DNA from: Diadema antillarum
Taxonomy: Eukaryota
Direction: 5' to 3'
Assembly (NCBI RefSeq): GCF_040938485.1
Contig: NW_027271682.1
Coordinates: forward strand, 3,906,001-3,970,000
DNA length: 64,000 bases
Below, one piece after another: positions 62,272-64,000 of this stretch. A program made the position numbers and the translations under genes. The notes below the pieces were generated by a model. It made no database searches and was not told the origin of the DNA. It saw only the letters and a list, made by a program, of their open reading frames with translations. Position 1 is the first letter of the stretch. Every line of letters starts with the position of its first letter.

Positions 62272-62707
62272 ATTTTTCCTGAATCATCATCGTCTTCGTC
62301 ATAATCTGTCTCATCTACAGGTATCATTATCTAATTTCCATGTCTACCTATCCCTAATTGCTTTTCGCAGTACAAGTATCAGTATCTTTAACAGAAGAGG
62401 GAGCACTTTATCAGCATTTACTGAGTTAAACTCAACGTTATAATCATGTATGAGCACGTAGCATACCCTACAGCATATTTAAATAAGTTAATATTTTCTT
62501 CAACGAAGGAGAGCCCGGACTGCTGTTGATGAAGATGATGGACAGGAGACAGTTCGCCGGCTACAAGGGCAAGCGTGAGATGTCCGAGAAAAAGATCGTA
62601 AGGAACGTAAAGGTGCCAGATGACATGTATTTCAACTCTGGTGACGTCATGCGAATCGACAGTGAAGGTTACGTGTACTTCATCGATCGAGTGGGAGACA
62701 CCTACAG
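53571..62707 (+). CDS. SLC27A2: FATP / very-long-chain acyl-CoA synthetase, paralogue 4 (exons 1-7; exons 8-9 beyond the window)
   Basis: join(53571-54066,56039-56251,57602-57769,58985-59109,60471-60671,61380-61473,62509-62707,...). Phases match the other copies and there are no stops or frameshifts in exons 1-7. Confidence 0.9.
56039..56251 (+). CDS. FATP paralogue 4 exon 2
   Basis: acceptor atacag|; [10 protein letters not shown]...[10 protein letters not shown]; donor G|GTCAG. Confidence 0.92.
57602..57769 (+). CDS. FATP paralogue 4 exon 3
   Basis: [12 protein letters not shown]...PLYHSSA...FTA; donor G|GTGAG; 168 nt. Confidence 0.92.
58165..58348. other. Assembly gap (N run)
   Basis: Run of n. 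Confidence 0.99.
58985..59109 (+). CDS. FATP paralogue 4 exon 4
   Basis: [16 protein letters not shown]...[16 protein letters not shown]; donor |GTACG. Confidence 0.92.
60075..60456. mobile_element. Foldback MITE built of cccacgagttcgacact subrepeats (copy 1)
   Basis: Left arm cacgagaccgacacccacgag, right arm ctcgtgggtgtcga...gacgtgcacc; same family at 63004. Confidence 0.75.
60471..60671 (+). CDS. FATP paralogue 4 exon 5
   Basis: acceptor tcacag|; KENDGVY...GNGLR...FYGATEAIT...WTVR; donor |GTATA. Confidence 0.92.
61380..61473 (+). CDS. FATP paralogue 4 exon 6
   Basis: acceptor cgacag|; [31 protein letters not shown]; donor G|GTACC. Confidence 0.9.
61758..62008 (+). mobile_element. tRNA-derived SINE
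   Basis: A-box tggctcagtcgg (61765), B-box ggttcgaaccc (61809), no acceptor stem, about 170 nt of non-tRNA body, (AAAC)n tail. Confidence 0.8.
62233..62270. repeat. (TCT)n microsatellite
   Basis: tcttcttct...; source of the poly-Ser and poly-Leu ORFs. Confidence 0.9.
62509..62707 (+). CDS. FATP paralogue 4 exon 7
   Basis: acceptor acgaag| (AAG); GEPGLLL...YFNSGDVM...DRVGDTY; donor AG|GTCAG. Confidence 0.9.
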
Positions 62708-63003
62708 GTCAGTGTCAGAACCACCGCCTGGAAAATGCGTCTTGTTGTTGTTTTTGACAGCATTATACTTGTACATGGAAGTGACGGTGTATAAAAGTCA
62801 GCTGAAGGAATTGCACTTTTTTGTTCGAGTGAAATGCCACAAGATGTTCAAAATGACCTTGAACGTCTATGAAACGGAAAAATCATGAAACAGGAAATAG
62901 GACAGAACCAACCGGACATAAAAAGATATAGAAACAATTTTCGGTGTTTTTATGAAACAGTGCTGTCGGTCCCACTCGCACAAATTAGATGATGTGATAA
63001 TGT

Positions 63004-63336
63004 GGAGTCATCCCACGAGGCCGACACCCACGAGTCATACAGCCCACGAGTTCAACATTGAAAACAGGTTCATGAGTCATGCCGCTCACGAGTCATACAG
63101 CCCATGAGTTCGACACTATATGCAAATAAAGCCCATGAGTTCGACACTAGGTAGAAACAGCCCACAAGTTCGACATATACAACACGAGGCTTAATCTCTC
63201 ATGGGCCTTGTTTGCTTAGTGTCGAACTCATGGGCTGTATGACTCATGAGCTGTATCACTCGTGGGCTGCATAACTCATGGGCTGTATGACTCTTGGGCT
63301 GTATGACTCGTGGGTGTCGGTCTCGTGACGTGCACC
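63004..63336. mobile_element. Foldback MITE built of cccacgagttcgacact subrepeats (copy 2)
   Basis: ccgacacccacgagtcatacagccc ... gggctgtatgactcgtgggtgtcggtctcgtgacgtgcacc. Confidence 0.75.
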
Positions 63337-63383
63337 CGATAATGTCTGCGCCTAACATGTCTCTATAACCGACACTCAATGTT

Positions 63384-63570
63384 TTTTATGTCTCCGCCAC
63401 GAAGTGTCGCCGGAAGCATTATGTCCTGAAGGTATTTTCACGAAATTTTGTGTATTCATGTATGTATCACCATGTATCACCAGGTAAGTATTCTCTAGGG
63501 AAAGCTTTAATCCATGTGGTCAAAGGTCAAGTGAAAATGCTAAAATGTCACTATCATATATCATAGAATA
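63384..63570 (+). mobile_element. Truncated HINE of the 15877-16866 family
   Basis: ttttatgtctccgccacgaagtgtcgccggaagcattatg matches the 5' end at 15877; ggtcaaaggtcaagtgaaaatgc matches the interior. Confidence 0.55.
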
Positions 63571-64000
63571 ACCGAGAAGCTTTTTTCGGTTGCAACTACC
63601 ATGATAATCAGTTCACAAAACGAACAGCTGATTAGCTGTTATGAAAATAAATATGTGTTTCTCCAACATTCGTCGAAATTCACAATGGCACTCTCGATCC
63701 ATTCTAATGGTTAAAATTTCGTCCATGGACTAACAGAAGCGCGAAATAGGTACACCCTGCACATCCTCGTGACAGCATGTGTTTATCACTGGATGTCTAT
63801 TGGCGAATACAATGAGTCATATGCATGATTACGCAATTTAAATTTGCATAATCCATGGACTAGATTTAAGCTATGTTTGTGAACTCCGGTCATTAAAGTT
63901 GCTATCACATTGATGTGGTATTAATGCTTTATTCAACTCGATAATGTCTTTCTGAATGGTTTCCAATTTCTATGTTGTTGTTTTTGTTGTTGTTGAGTCT

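Noticed and set aside
4616-62707. Luciferase-like or NRPS/PKS adenylation cluster
   Set aside because: The motifs ([33 protein letters not shown]) are FATP-specific. No carrier-protein, ketosynthase or condensation domains are in the window.
53571-64000. Paralogue 4 as a truncated pseudogene
   Set aside because: Exons 1-7 are intact with correct splice sites; exons 8-9 would fall beyond the window end.

Overview
Eukaryotic (animal) genomic DNA. The repeat families resemble those of echinoderms, probably a sea urchin; this is inference. The window holds a same-strand tandem array of four intron-containing fatty-acid transport protein / very-long-chain acyl-CoA synthetase genes (FATP/SLC27A, SLC27A2/5/6-like). 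Paralogues 1 (4616-18186), 2 (23787-32430) and 3 (37229-49357) are complete by hand splicing: 9 coding exons, 1890 nt and 629 aa each, all GT-AG, all ending in the peroxisomal signal -SKL. Paralogue 4 (from 53571) has exons 1-7 and runs off the right edge. One exon of a divergently oriented unknown gene lies at the left edge. Introns and spacers contain Helentron-type HINEs, TTAA, TA, AWWT and 9-bp-TSD MITEs, two tRNA-derived SINEs, an internally deleted CR1/L2-type LINE, a probable solo LTR, microsatellites and two assembly gaps. The strongest signals are four. The FATP expansion shows paralogue-specific changes next to the adenylation motifs. Paralogues 2 and 4 share patchwork gene-conversion tracts. 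All three complete copies keep the SKL terminus. Two transposons have inserted within about 15 nt of 3' splice sites.
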